Shown: positions 9,377 through 18,190 of the stretch, in pieces | Position numbering within the stretch: position 1 is the first letter of the stretch | Layout of the letters: each line of letters begins with the position of its first letter | From: a virus | Taxonomy: Duplodnaviria > Caudoviricetes | DNA length: 63,168 nt | Reading direction: 5' to 3' (one strand) | Virus record (IMG/VR): IMGVR_UViG_3300034093_001431 | Location: 1 to 63,168 of that record | Notes under the pieces: generated by a model | What the model was told of the DNA's origin: nothing | The model's database searches: none | What the model saw: the letters and a program-made list of their open reading frames with translations, nothing else | Position numbers and translations under genes: made by a program

Positions 9377-11265
9377 TAACAATATTCAGCAACATATTCG
9401 ACAAGACCCCTCACTACATTACAGTGGAGGCGGCGATCACAAGGATTAAGAACGGAAAGAGTAAGGAGAAGATAGAAGAGGTAAGGAGCCAGATCGACAA
9501 GGAGAGGGCGAACAGTCTCAAGAAGAACCTGCCAAGCATCTGCTTCAGCGGTAAGTTTACCGACAGGTTGGACAACTGCCTCATAGAACACAGCGGCTAT
9601 ATCGTCCTAGACTTTGATGACATTGATGACGTGGAAGGGTTCAAGACTAACCTGTTCAAGGACGAGTTCATCTACTCGTGCTGGGTGAGCCCGGGAGGTA
9701 ACGGGGTCAAGGCGTTAGTCAAGGTGGCTAAAGGAGACAGGCACCGCGAACACTTCGCCTCGCTCAAGGAGAAGTACCCTCTAGTCGACAAGAGCGGTGT
9801 GAATGTAAGCCGTGTGTGTTATGAATCTTACGACCCAAACATTCTTGTAAGGAGTACCCCGGTAGTGTACACGAAGTACATCGAAGAGGTCAAGGTAAGG
9901 TCAGAGGAGCAGGTCACCGACTACTCAATCATATACCAGACGATCATCAAGTGGCTAGCAAACAAGAACGATGCCTTCCGTACCGGAGAAAGGAACAGTT
10001 ACATCTACAAGCTAGCGTCGGCATGCTGCAGGTTTGGTATCCCGGAAGCTAACGCCGAGTACATGATAGTGGGCAGCTATGCTATAGGCAACTCTAGCTT
10101 CAGCGAGAAGGAGTGCGTCTCAGCCATTAAGAGTGCGTATAAATCAACTCAAAATACATTTGCTAGTGCTACCATCCAACACGGGACGTTAGTTGATTCT
10201 AAGACCTATAAAGAGGTCGAGATACCGAGGGGTGATGATTTCTACGACCCGAACGTGAAGGCTAAGGACGTGATGTACGGGGAGGACGTGAAGGACAAGG
10301 CGATGCAGATATACGACGGGGGAAGGGAGAACGTCATGCAGTGGGGTATCCCCATGCTTGACAAGCACTTCAAGAGGAGGAAGAAGGAGCTGACCCTCCT
10401 CAGCGGTATAGGAAACTACGGCAAGGGTTTGTGGTCCAAGTACCTTATGCTCATGAGGTCGATAAAGTTTGGAGAGAAGTGGGCGATCTTTGCCCCGGAG
10501 GATAACCCGGCGGAGGAGTTTTACATCGACCTTGTGGAGATGATGCTCGGCGCGGGTATAGACCCGTCCAACCACAGCCGCCCCAGCAGGATGAAGTACG
10601 AGTGGGCTTACGACTGGGTCAGCAGGCACTTCTTCTTCCTAGACCCCATAAGCATAACACCGACCCCGGCGTACATAAAGGAAAAGTTCTTGGAACTAAT
10701 CATCAAGGAGCAGGTGGACGGGTGCGTGATTGACCCGTTCAATCAGCTGTCAAACGACTACAGCAGTACGGGCGGCAGGGATGACAAGTACCTAGAAACA
10801 TTCCTGAGTGACATGCAGAGGTTCGCCCAGATCAACAACGTGTACATGGATATCGTGGCGCACCCGAAGACTATGAGAAAGGATGGGGCCCAGAACTATC
10901 CAATGCCCGACGTGTTTGACCTTGCGGGTGGCGCGATGTGGAACAACAAGGCTGACAACATAATGATATACCACAGGCCTAACCACCAGACGGATCCTAA
11001 CGATCCCCTTGCAGAGGTTGCGTTTAAGAAGATCAAGAAGCAGAAGATAACGGGCGTGAAGGGGGCGATTCAGATTGAATACGACTTCAAGATAAGGAGG
11101 TTCTTGTTCGAAGGTAAGGACGAGATGCAGGTAGCGATCGATCAAAAATTTACACCGGTTCAGCAGAGTATAAACACCGCAGTGAAATCAAACAATAATT
11201 TTTTAAAGACATACAAAGATGACTATGAACAGCCAGAGTATCCAAACGAGCCAGCCCCATTCTAA
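9373..11265 (+). CDS. Primase-helicase (VirE-N/BT4734-like primase, PriCT, SF4 helicase)
   Basis: KKNLP..FSGKF, LDFDD, VSPGGNGVK, GERN; Walker A GIGNYGK; VIDPFN; VAHP; NKADN. Confidence 0.88.
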   Translation: MITIFSNIFDKTPHYITVEAAITRIKNGKSKEKIEEVRSQIDKERANSLKKNLPSICFSGKFTDRLDNCLIEHSGYIVLDFDDIDDVEGFKTNLFKDEFIYSCWVSPGGNGVKALVKVAKGDRHREHFASLKEKYPLVDKSGVNVSRVCYESYDPNILVRSTPVVYTKYIEEVKVRSEEQVTDYSIIYQTIIKWLANKNDAFRTGERNSYIYKLASACCRFGIPEANAEYMIVGSYAIGNSSFSEKECVSAIKSAYKSTQNTFASATIQHGTLVDSKTYKEVEIPRGDDFYDPNVKAKDVMYGEDVKDKAMQIYDGGRENVMQWGIPMLDKHFKRRKKELTLLSGIGNYGKGLWSKYLMLMRSIKFGEKWAIFAPEDNPAEEFYIDLVEMMLGAGIDPSNHSRPSRMKYEWAYDWVSRHFFFLDPISITPTPAYIKEKFLELIIKEQVDGCVIDPFNQLSNDYSSTGGRDDKYLETFLSDMQRFAQINNVYMDIVAHPKTMRKDGAQNYPMPDVFDLAGGAMWNNKADNIMIYHRPNHQTDPNDPLAEVAFKKIKKQKITGVKGAIQIEYDFKIRRFLFEGKDEMQVAIDQKFTPVQQSINTAVKSNNNFLKTYKDDYEQPEYPNEPAPF

Positions 11266-11743
11266 AACAGAGGCCAAGCGCCGTGCGCGTAGATCTGATG
11301 ACCAGCCACTAACAAGGCTGTGCAGCAGGTGCGGTAACAGGAAAGACATAATGGCCTACAGGAAGAACGGGAATGTTTGTTATAAGTGCAGGTCCAAGAC
11401 TGTCTTCAACAAGGAGGCTGCTAAGATTGATGAGTGCGCCAAGGGTGTAAGAAAGTACCCGTACTTTGTGACGGTAATGCACGGCAACTTTGAGGAGTTT
11501 AACTTCTGTATCGTGTCGAGCAAAGGTTTTAACGAGAAGGACATGGAGGGGGCTATCAAGGATTCCGTCAGGGAAGTATTCGGGACCTGTGATGTCACCA
11601 TAAGCAAGGCTTCTATGTGGGAGGTTGACAAGATGTTTGACGACTCGGACGTGGTCACTGCTTACACAAGACATGCTGGAATCATCGAGTCGTTGATCAC
11701 CAGCTACCTTCGGGTCGCTAAGGACAAGATGCCTAAAAACTAA
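11219..11743 (+). CDS. Hypothetical protein with N-terminal Zn finger
   Basis: CSRC...CYKC. Confidence 0.6.
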   Translation: MTMNSQSIQTSQPHSKTEAKRRARRSDDQPLTRLCSRCGNRKDIMAYRKNGNVCYKCRSKTVFNKEAAKIDECAKGVRKYPYFVTVMHGNFEEFNFCIVSSKGFNEKDMEGAIKDSVREVFGTCDVTISKASMWEVDKMFDDSDVVTAYTRHAGIIESLITSYLRVAKDKMPKN

Positions 11744-11746
11744 AAT

Positions 11747-12190
11747 ATGTTAAAGGATAAAATCAGAAATATTGTTTTGTATGTTTGTAAAAAAAAGAAC
11801 ATGAATAATTTTGTCGTTTGCGACACGTCAATTAATGATGAGCCTGTTAAGGTTAAGTTCACGCTACTGTCTTCTAACAACAGAGAGATGTCCGAGACGA
11901 AGCATTCCCTGAAGTACGAAAACATACAGGACAGGGTCGAGTATTCCCCCGACATGATCGACAGCATGCGAATGCTTAACGAGGCTTTAGAGTTAGACAT
12001 TCAGGGCTTGAACCATTCTATGAAGTTCAAGGACGAAACCATTAAGCACCTTCAAGAAAGGAACGAAGCTCTTGAGGGTATGTTTGATACACACATAGAC
12101 TTCTATCACTCCAAGTTTATCCAGATGTTTTTATGGAACGCGGTAGTAACAGCTGCAATGGTTGCTACTATAATATACATCGCTTCATGA
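11747..12190 (+). CDS. Coiled-coil protein with C-terminal TM helix
   Basis: Hydrophobic C-terminus; true start may be ATG 11801 after TATGTTTG. Confidence 0.6.
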   Translation: MLKDKIRNIVLYVCKKKNMNNFVVCDTSINDEPVKVKFTLLSSNNREMSETKHSLKYENIQDRVEYSPDMIDSMRMLNEALELDIQGLNHSMKFKDETIKHLQERNEALEGMFDTHIDFYHSKFIQMFLWNAVVTAAMVATIIYIAS

Positions 12191-12453
12191 AACCGATAGG
12201 TGACGTACTCATAGTAAGACAACACAAGGACGAGGACTACAACAAGTGGTCGGTGATCGTCCCCAACCTTTCCGAGAAGAACAGGTTGTCTGGCGAGGTT
12301 GTGTACGCGGGGGATAAGGCGCAGAGTAAACCCGGTGACACTGTTGTGTTTAACCAGTGGGCTTTCTCTAAGCTAGACAAGGATGGTGATAAACTCCTCA
12401 TAATGAAGGAGACGAACGTAGGGATAATTTTAAAACAAATACAAAATGATTGA
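12187..12453 (+). CDS. Divergent GroES-like protein
   Basis: MKPIGDVLIV, GEVVYAG, KPGDTVVF, LLIMKE. Confidence 0.7.
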   Translation: MKPIGDVLIVRQHKDEDYNKWSVIVPNLSEKNRLSGEVVYAGDKAQSKPGDTVVFNQWAFSKLDKDGDKLLIMKETNVGIILKQIQND

Positions 12454-12766
12454 AAAAGGTGTTATTACTCACATCGGCTCAGTGGAGCAGGTGAGTGAAA
12501 AGTTAACGAAGTTGTTATTCGTTATCGAGAAACAAGACGGAAACTACAAGAAGAACATCGCGTTCGAGCTTATCAACAACGCTGTTGGGCAACTCGATGG
12601 CGTGGGTGTTGGCTCGGAGGTTGAGGTAAAGGCAGACGTAAGCAGCCGAGAATACAACGGCAGGTGGTACACTCAGGCTAAGGCTTGGGCGGTAAACGTG
12701 ATGAGCGCTGTCTCGAACGGGGACCAAGCCGAGTCAGTTCCTGCAGATGACGACCTTCCGTTTTAA
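12446..12766 (+). CDS. ssb: DUF3127-type single-stranded DNA-binding protein
   Basis: SREYNGRWYT..KAW; acidic tail DDDLPF. Confidence 0.85.
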   Translation: MIEKGVITHIGSVEQVSEKLTKLLFVIEKQDGNYKKNIAFELINNAVGQLDGVGVGSEVEVKADVSSREYNGRWYTQAKAWAVNVMSAVSNGDQAESVPADDDLPF

Positions 12767-12803
12767 TAACTCAGCAGGTAGCTAGATAACAACAAGTAAT
12801 CAA

Positions 12804-13052
12804 ATGGAAAACAATCCAACAAGCCCAATGACACTCGGGGAGTCGAGATGTCATATCAACTTCAATCCATCATCAGATGATAAGATTGGAACCTTCAAGC
12901 GTATGATGGCGAATGCTATTGACTACTGCAACAACGAGCTGCAAAGCACGGCGGATGGTGAGGCTAAGCGTTGCTTTAGCATCGCAATGACAGAGTTAGA
13001 AACTGCGCAGATGTATGCGGTAAAGGGCATTGCCAAGGGTCTAAAGAAATGA
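12804..13052 (+). CDS. Acb2/Tad1-like helical-hairpin nucleotide-signal sponge candidate
   Basis: FNPS...K...RCFSIAMTELETAQMYAVK. Confidence 0.6.
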   Translation: MENNPTSPMTLGESRCHINFNPSSDDKIGTFKRMMANAIDYCNNELQSTADGEAKRCFSIAMTELETAQMYAVKGIAKGLKK

Positions 13053-13525
13053 GGTACTTTCAAAAAAAAACTATTCAAGCTATGGAGGCTTGGCATCCCG
13101 ACTATGACATGACAAATGTTAGTGTATCGGTTGAAGATAGTATTGCGAACAGTCCTAAAGTTGGAGATTTTATTGCAACTAATTCAAGCAATCCTAATGA
13201 CAAATGGTTAGTTGCCAAGGATTTTTTAAAGGAAAACTATATCGAGGTGAGTACATCTTCAAATGAACTAACATTCGGTCAAGCTATTGTGGCTGCTAAA
13301 TTAGGAAAGAAAGTAGCTCGTGCGGGGTGGAATGGTTCAGGAATGTATGCGTACATTGTACCTGCCAATAGTTATCCCGCGCAGACTGAAGCCGCAAGAC
13401 AAACCTTTGGTGATATGGTTCCTTACCGCGCATATTGGGCGTTGAAAACTGCTCAGAATGATGTAGCGACTTGGGCCCCAAGTGGAAGTGATTCTCTTGC
13501 AGAAGATTGGATGGTAATAGATTAA
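13049..13525 (+). CDS. tad2: Tad2 (DUF2829) anti-Thoeris sponge fused to an extra N-terminal domain
   Basis: LTFGQAI...GKKVARAGWNG..MY...PY...WAPS.SD.LAEDW. Confidence 0.8.
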   Translation: MRYFQKKTIQAMEAWHPDYDMTNVSVSVEDSIANSPKVGDFIATNSSNPNDKWLVAKDFLKENYIEVSTSSNELTFGQAIVAAKLGKKVARAGWNGSGMYAYIVPANSYPAQTEAARQTFGDMVPYRAYWALKTAQNDVATWAPSGSDSLAEDWMVID

Positions 13526-13696
13526 TATGCGATTAACAGTTAACCATAGCAAGGACTGGTTGGCTCGGCACAGTAAGGGGCGAGGTTTATTCCTTTCCCC
13601 TTATTCTTTTGTAATAAACTACAAACTTGAATACCTCTGTACGGAAGTGTCTTACTATATCTGGAAGGAAGAGTTCAGGAGTTATATAGGCGATAA

Positions 13697-14215
13697 TTGA
13701 AAGAGAAGAAATGTAAGGTGTGTGGCAAAGGATTCGCGCCATTTAGATCCACGCAGCGAGTCTGCAGTGTGGAGTGTTCTGTCGTTGACGCGAAGGCTAA
13801 GTCTTGGCAGAAGGAGAAGAAGGTCAGGAAAGAGAATATGATCACGGCGTCCCAGTGGAGGAAGATGCTGCAGTCGTCGGTGAATGCGTATGTCAGAGCA
13901 AGGGACGAGGGGAGGCTGTGCATAAGCTGCAACAGACAACTGAAGGGGAAGTACGACGCGGGTCACTACTACAGTGTGGGGTCTTACCCTAACCTGAGGT
14001 ACGACGAGATGAATATATGGGGGCAGTGCGTTCACTGTAACCAGCACCTTCACGGCAACCTTATAGAGTACAGGACCAACCTCTTGCAGAGGATAGGAGA
14101 AGACGGGCTAGCTAGATTAGACTCGCTGAAGAATGAGCCGCTAAAGCTCACCGTTCCTGAAATAAAAGATTTAATTGAGGTTTACAAAAAAAAGATAAGG
14201 GAGTTGAAAAAGTAA
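13697..14215 (+). CDS. ninG: NinG/Rap-like Holliday junction endonuclease
   Basis: CKVC..CSVEC, YVRARD, CISC, DAGHY, NIWGQCVHCN, GN..EY. Confidence 0.9.
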   Translation: MKEKKCKVCGKGFAPFRSTQRVCSVECSVVDAKAKSWQKEKKVRKENMITASQWRKMLQSSVNAYVRARDEGRLCISCNRQLKGKYDAGHYYSVGSYPNLRYDEMNIWGQCVHCNQHLHGNLIEYRTNLLQRIGEDGLARLDSLKNEPLKLTVPEIKDLIEVYKKKIRELKK

Positions 14216-14276
14216 CTCGGTATATTTGCACTAGGTTCGTTCACTTCTTATTGTTTTGTTTTTGTTTATTGGCAAG

Positions 14277-14313
14277 ACCCCTGCACAAGAGCGGGGGTTT
14301 TGTTTTATATTTG
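14277..14313 (+). terminator. Terminator fused to TATATTTG promoter box (14306-14313)
   Basis: ACCCCTGC..GCGGGGGT plus T tract. Confidence 0.6.
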
Positions 14314-14317
14314 CCTC

Positions 14318-15019
14318 ATGCAAATTACAAAACAACAACTGTCAAGCATGGTAATGCGTGAGGGTAGGGTGCTTGTTAAAATGTCTTACGTTGTCAAGGA
14401 TCACCTTGACTTTAGCGGTACAAAAGTAAAGCTGGTAGCCAAGGCGTCCACCACCCAATATGATTTAGGTTGTAGGTACGGCGAGGTTATCAAGACTCCA
14501 GACAAGGCTGACATACCTTACCTGAACTATTCATTTAAAAGCGAAGTTGAGATAGAGCCCGGAGACATTGTATGGTGGAGTCAGCTAGCTATAGGAAGGA
14601 TCATCAGATCAAAAGACAAGGAACTTATTCACTTCACCTGTGAGGGTGATGACTACTACGAAATCCACTACAACGAACTTATCTTAAGGAAGAGGGGAGA
14701 TTCTTACATGGGTCTCAACGACAGGGTCATAGCCAAGCCGATTATGCCGGAGGCTCACCACATGTTTGACCTGTCTTCTACATCTTTAGGTAGCCCAGTG
14801 AAGGATAAGTTTGACTTGGTTTACACCCCATCATTTAAGGGTTCTTACGACAACGGCAGGAACATTAACTTGTGTGAGGTAAACCAGAGGGTTCTCGTGT
14901 CACAGAGTGGGAACATGGTGGGTCCGTTAGAGGATGAGTCCAACAGGTACTTTGAACACGAGCTGGTCTACTTCCGATCGGCAGATATAAGCGCAATATA
15001 TGAAGAAGAATTACGGTAA
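14318..15019 (+). CDS. Tandem double-domain GroES-like protein
   Basis: Two repeats: RVLVK..YGEVIKTP..IEPGDIVW..Y.ELI and GLNDRVIAKP..V.QRVLV..ADISAI. Confidence 0.55.
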   Translation: MQITKQQLSSMVMREGRVLVKMSYVVKDHLDFSGTKVKLVAKASTTQYDLGCRYGEVIKTPDKADIPYLNYSFKSEVEIEPGDIVWWSQLAIGRIIRSKDKELIHFTCEGDDYYEIHYNELILRKRGDSYMGLNDRVIAKPIMPEAHHMFDLSSTSLGSPVKDKFDLVYTPSFKGSYDNGRNINLCEVNQRVLVSQSGNMVGPLEDESNRYFEHELVYFRSADISAIYEEELR

Positions 15020-15725
15020 TATAAGGTACCCTATACACAAGCTAGATGAGACAGAGGACGTGGTTCAGGCTTTTCCTGACCTGTCATCTGTAGGTATATT
15101 TAGCGAAACGTCACACCCTTTCATAGTAACGGTCTATGACGAAAGTGGATCAGCTTACAGGCAGACACTCGACGTTGACCTTGGCGGCTTAGACAACAAC
15201 TTCGTGATGAAGTACATTATACTTATGTACTCACCCGGAAGTCCTGCCATAGAAAAGTATCCGCAGATAGGGAAGAGGAAGACTTGGGTGCTGTCCGAGT
15301 TAGGCGTGATGCCTGATGAAGAAAACAAGTACGCCTCAGAGTACGATGACCTGTTACTTAATCAGAACAGGCTTATCCTCAAGAAGACTGCTGTGTTCTT
15401 AACGCTTCAGCAGCCGGCAGACTGGGCCATCATGCTCAAGAGTTCGGAGGATCTTCAGGAGGTGTTAGGTACCCCGATGCCGGAGGATCCGACAAAGCAG
15501 GTCCAGAGAATTAAAGCTGTCGAGTTGCTTCGTCAGGCCATATCGGACTCAAGGTCTAGGCTTATGGACCTAGAGACGAGTAAGAGTTTAGAGGCGGAGA
15601 TAGACGAGTTCATGGCTTACACCACGCTCGGTATAAGACCAGAAGAGTTTGTGATGATGGGTATAAAGCCTGTCCCGCCAAGCAAGGCCAAGAGCTCGCC
15701 TGTGTTTAAAAATGTAAGGAACTAA
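15000..15725 (+). CDS. Hypothetical protein, possibly terminase small subunit
   Basis: Directly upstream of and coupled to TerL. Confidence 0.45.
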   Translation: MKKNYGNIRYPIHKLDETEDVVQAFPDLSSVGIFSETSHPFIVTVYDESGSAYRQTLDVDLGGLDNNFVMKYIILMYSPGSPAIEKYPQIGKRKTWVLSELGVMPDEENKYASEYDDLLLNQNRLILKKTAVFLTLQQPADWAIMLKSSEDLQEVLGTPMPEDPTKQVQRIKAVELLRQAISDSRSRLMDLETSKSLEAEIDEFMAYTTLGIRPEEFVMMGIKPVPPSKAKSSPVFKNVRN

Positions 15726-18115
15726 TGTCTAAGTACCACGATAAATACAAGAGAGAGCAGCAGTATATAATGTACAATCTGGACGACCCTGACTTGGGCG
15801 GAGATAACGCCATCAAGGTTGAGCTGCCTACTCTTGAATCCTTCTATGACATGCCTTGGGATGAGGCGGTCAAGTTAGTGGACGGGTACGGGCTAGACCC
15901 TAAGGATCAGAAGTTTGACACATACAGGGACGCGGGGTACTTTAGCCTTCCGCCAAAGTTAAAGAGTATAGAAGAGCATGTAAGAAGGAAGAAGAAACTC
16001 AAGCCGAAGGATAAGCTGTTTGCTGAAGACTTCTTGGAAGACGTGGAGTCCGACCCTGTGTATTACAGGGAGGAGATAGAGTACATACAGCGCACTAGGA
16101 ACAGATCCGTTAGCGGGTACTGGTGCTTCATAAAAGGCAGGCCCACCTACATAGACGGGTGGCATTATACCTACCTGAACTTTACACCTATAGATAACGA
16201 TAACAGGAAAGACAGGATGCCTGACTACAGGGACGTGGACAGGAGGATCGTCTTGTTTTATCGATGGGCCTACACCACCACGTCCTCAAAGTTCAAGTAC
16301 GTCTTGACTTACAACAAGGACGGCAGGGTAAAGAAGAAGTACTTCAACAACAAGAACACGATATCTCAGTTTATCAAATTTGAAAAGCTGGGTGATTACT
16401 TTGTCGAAGACGAGGGGTATGACATAGACTTGGGTTACAGGACAGTGTTCGGCGTCGTGTTCCCTAAGCGCCGACGTGTAGGTGCCACGTTCCTTAGTGC
16501 CCACATCGGCATGCGTATAGCCGTGGACAACAGCATGGGCACGTTTGCGATTCAGGCGTTGACAGAGGACACAGCTATCGAGGACGTCTACCAGAAGAAG
16601 GTGCTAGCCTCTTGGAGGCACTACCCGTTCTTCTTAAAACCCTGCGCCTCACCAGCCGACACCAACGCGCTTGTCTTTACAAAGAAGGATCAGGTCGCGT
16701 TCGCTAACGACGTGGTGGAACACGGCGGGTGGATCAGGCCAAGGTCTTCAGCCAACAAGGCATTCGACGGTAACAAGCTGTTTGCTTACCTGAATGATGA
16801 GTCTGGAAAGAAGACGAGCGGCAACGTACTGCACGAGTTCACTGACACTATACGAAACGCCCTAGCTCAGGGTCAGAACATACACGGGTTTGCCATGTAC
16901 ACCTCAACCTTTGGAGAGTTCGAGAGCGGTGGAGGTAAGGAATACTTCGACCTGTGCGTGAAGTCATATGCACACAAGCGTAACGACAACGGTATCACAG
17001 CTTCTGGTCTGGTCACCTTGTTCATACCAGCGTATGACGGTTATGACGGGAGGGTCGACCAGTACGGTGAATCTATAATAGAAGACCCTGTCGAGGCTTA
17101 CATTAACCTAACAGGTGAACTCTGCGAGGAGGGTGCCAAGACTACCCTCATGAAGACGAGGTCTTACCTTGAGGAAATCAAGGACTGGAATGGTTTGAAC
17201 AACGAGGTAAGGAACAACCCGTTCACTCTCCGAGAGGCGGGCAAGAAGGGTAACAGGTCTAACTTCTGGGATGTTAGTATAAACAGGACAAGGATAAGTG
17301 AGCTTAAGTTTGGAGAGAACAAAGTGCTCGACGTTAATTTCGAGTGGACGAATGGGAAGTGGTCACCGGTAAGGATTGTCGACGGAACGCCTGAGCGCCC
17401 CGGTAAGTGGAAGGTTAGCTTAAGGCCCGCCCCGCAGTACGTTAACAGGTTCAGCTGGGATGCTAGGATAGATAGTTACACCCCGGACCCAGACACTGTA
17501 GGTAAGTATATCCTTGGGACCGACCCCTTCAGCTACGACAACAAGGACGTGGTAGGTAAGAAGAAGTCTAACGGTGGTGGCGCCATGTACATGCCGCACG
17601 ATCCGATGATCGACACCCCGGACAAGTCACCTTCAGATTACGTGACAGGCGACTTTATTGCGACATACAACAACAGGGTTGAGACCACCGACGAGTACTG
17701 TGAAGACATGCTCCTAGCCGCCGTCTATTGCGGGGCCTTGGTCTTTACCGAAAGGAACGTGGACCATATTATAAAGTACTTCAGGAACAACCACGCATCA
17801 GCGTACCTGCTCCACCAGATAGATCCGCTGACCGGAAGGATAGAGCCGGTGCCGGGGGTGAGGACAGGGACAGGGGTTCACGAGAAGATATTTGCCAAGT
17901 ACGGGGACTACGTGAAGACAGTCGGTCACAGGGCTAGGCACATAGAGATACTTGAAGAGATTGATGGGGTTCAGAGTTTTAACGACATGACCAACTATGA
18001 CCTCTTTGCTGCGGGAGGGATGGCCCTGCTCGGGGCTGAGAGCAAGCACACTGAGATTATTAAGTCCAACAATACCAGCAATGATATAAGCGGCTTTATT
18101 GATCTATACGATTAA
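15725..18115 (+). CDS. terL: Terminase large subunit (crAss-like type)
   Basis: PKRRRVGAT Walker A variant, LNDESGK Walker B, TST coupling motif, GTDP nuclease, ERN, YDLF. Confidence 0.9.
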   Translation: MSKYHDKYKREQQYIMYNLDDPDLGGDNAIKVELPTLESFYDMPWDEAVKLVDGYGLDPKDQKFDTYRDAGYFSLPPKLKSIEEHVRRKKKLKPKDKLFAEDFLEDVESDPVYYREEIEYIQRTRNRSVSGYWCFIKGRPTYIDGWHYTYLNFTPIDNDNRKDRMPDYRDVDRRIVLFYRWAYTTTSSKFKYVLTYNKDGRVKKKYFNNKNTISQFIKFEKLGDYFVEDEGYDIDLGYRTVFGVVFPKRRRVGATFLSAHIGMRIAVDNSMGTFAIQALTEDTAIEDVYQKKVLASWRHYPFFLKPCASPADTNALVFTKKDQVAFANDVVEHGGWIRPRSSANKAFDGNKLFAYLNDESGKKTSGNVLHEFTDTIRNALAQGQNIHGFAMYTSTFGEFESGGGKEYFDLCVKSYAHKRNDNGITASGLVTLFIPAYDGYDGRVDQYGESIIEDPVEAYINLTGELCEEGAKTTLMKTRSYLEEIKDWNGLNNEVRNNPFTLREAGKKGNRSNFWDVSINRTRISELKFGENKVLDVNFEWTNGKWSPVRIVDGTPERPGKWKVSLRPAPQYVNRFSWDARIDSYTPDPDTVGKYILGTDPFSYDNKDVVGKKKSNGGGAMYMPHDPMIDTPDKSPSDYVTGDFIATYNNRVETTDEYCEDMLLAAVYCGALVFTERNVDHIIKYFRNNHASAYLLHQIDPLTGRIEPVPGVRTGTGVHEKIFAKYGDYVKTVGHRARHIEILEEIDGVQSFNDMTNYDLFAAGGMALLGAESKHTEIIKSNNTSNDISGFIDLYD

Positions 18116-18190
18116 TCACTAATATAATCAAACATTTGTTTATTTTTGTAGTCTGAAGATAATTCTTAATTTTGCGCTAATTGTAATTGA

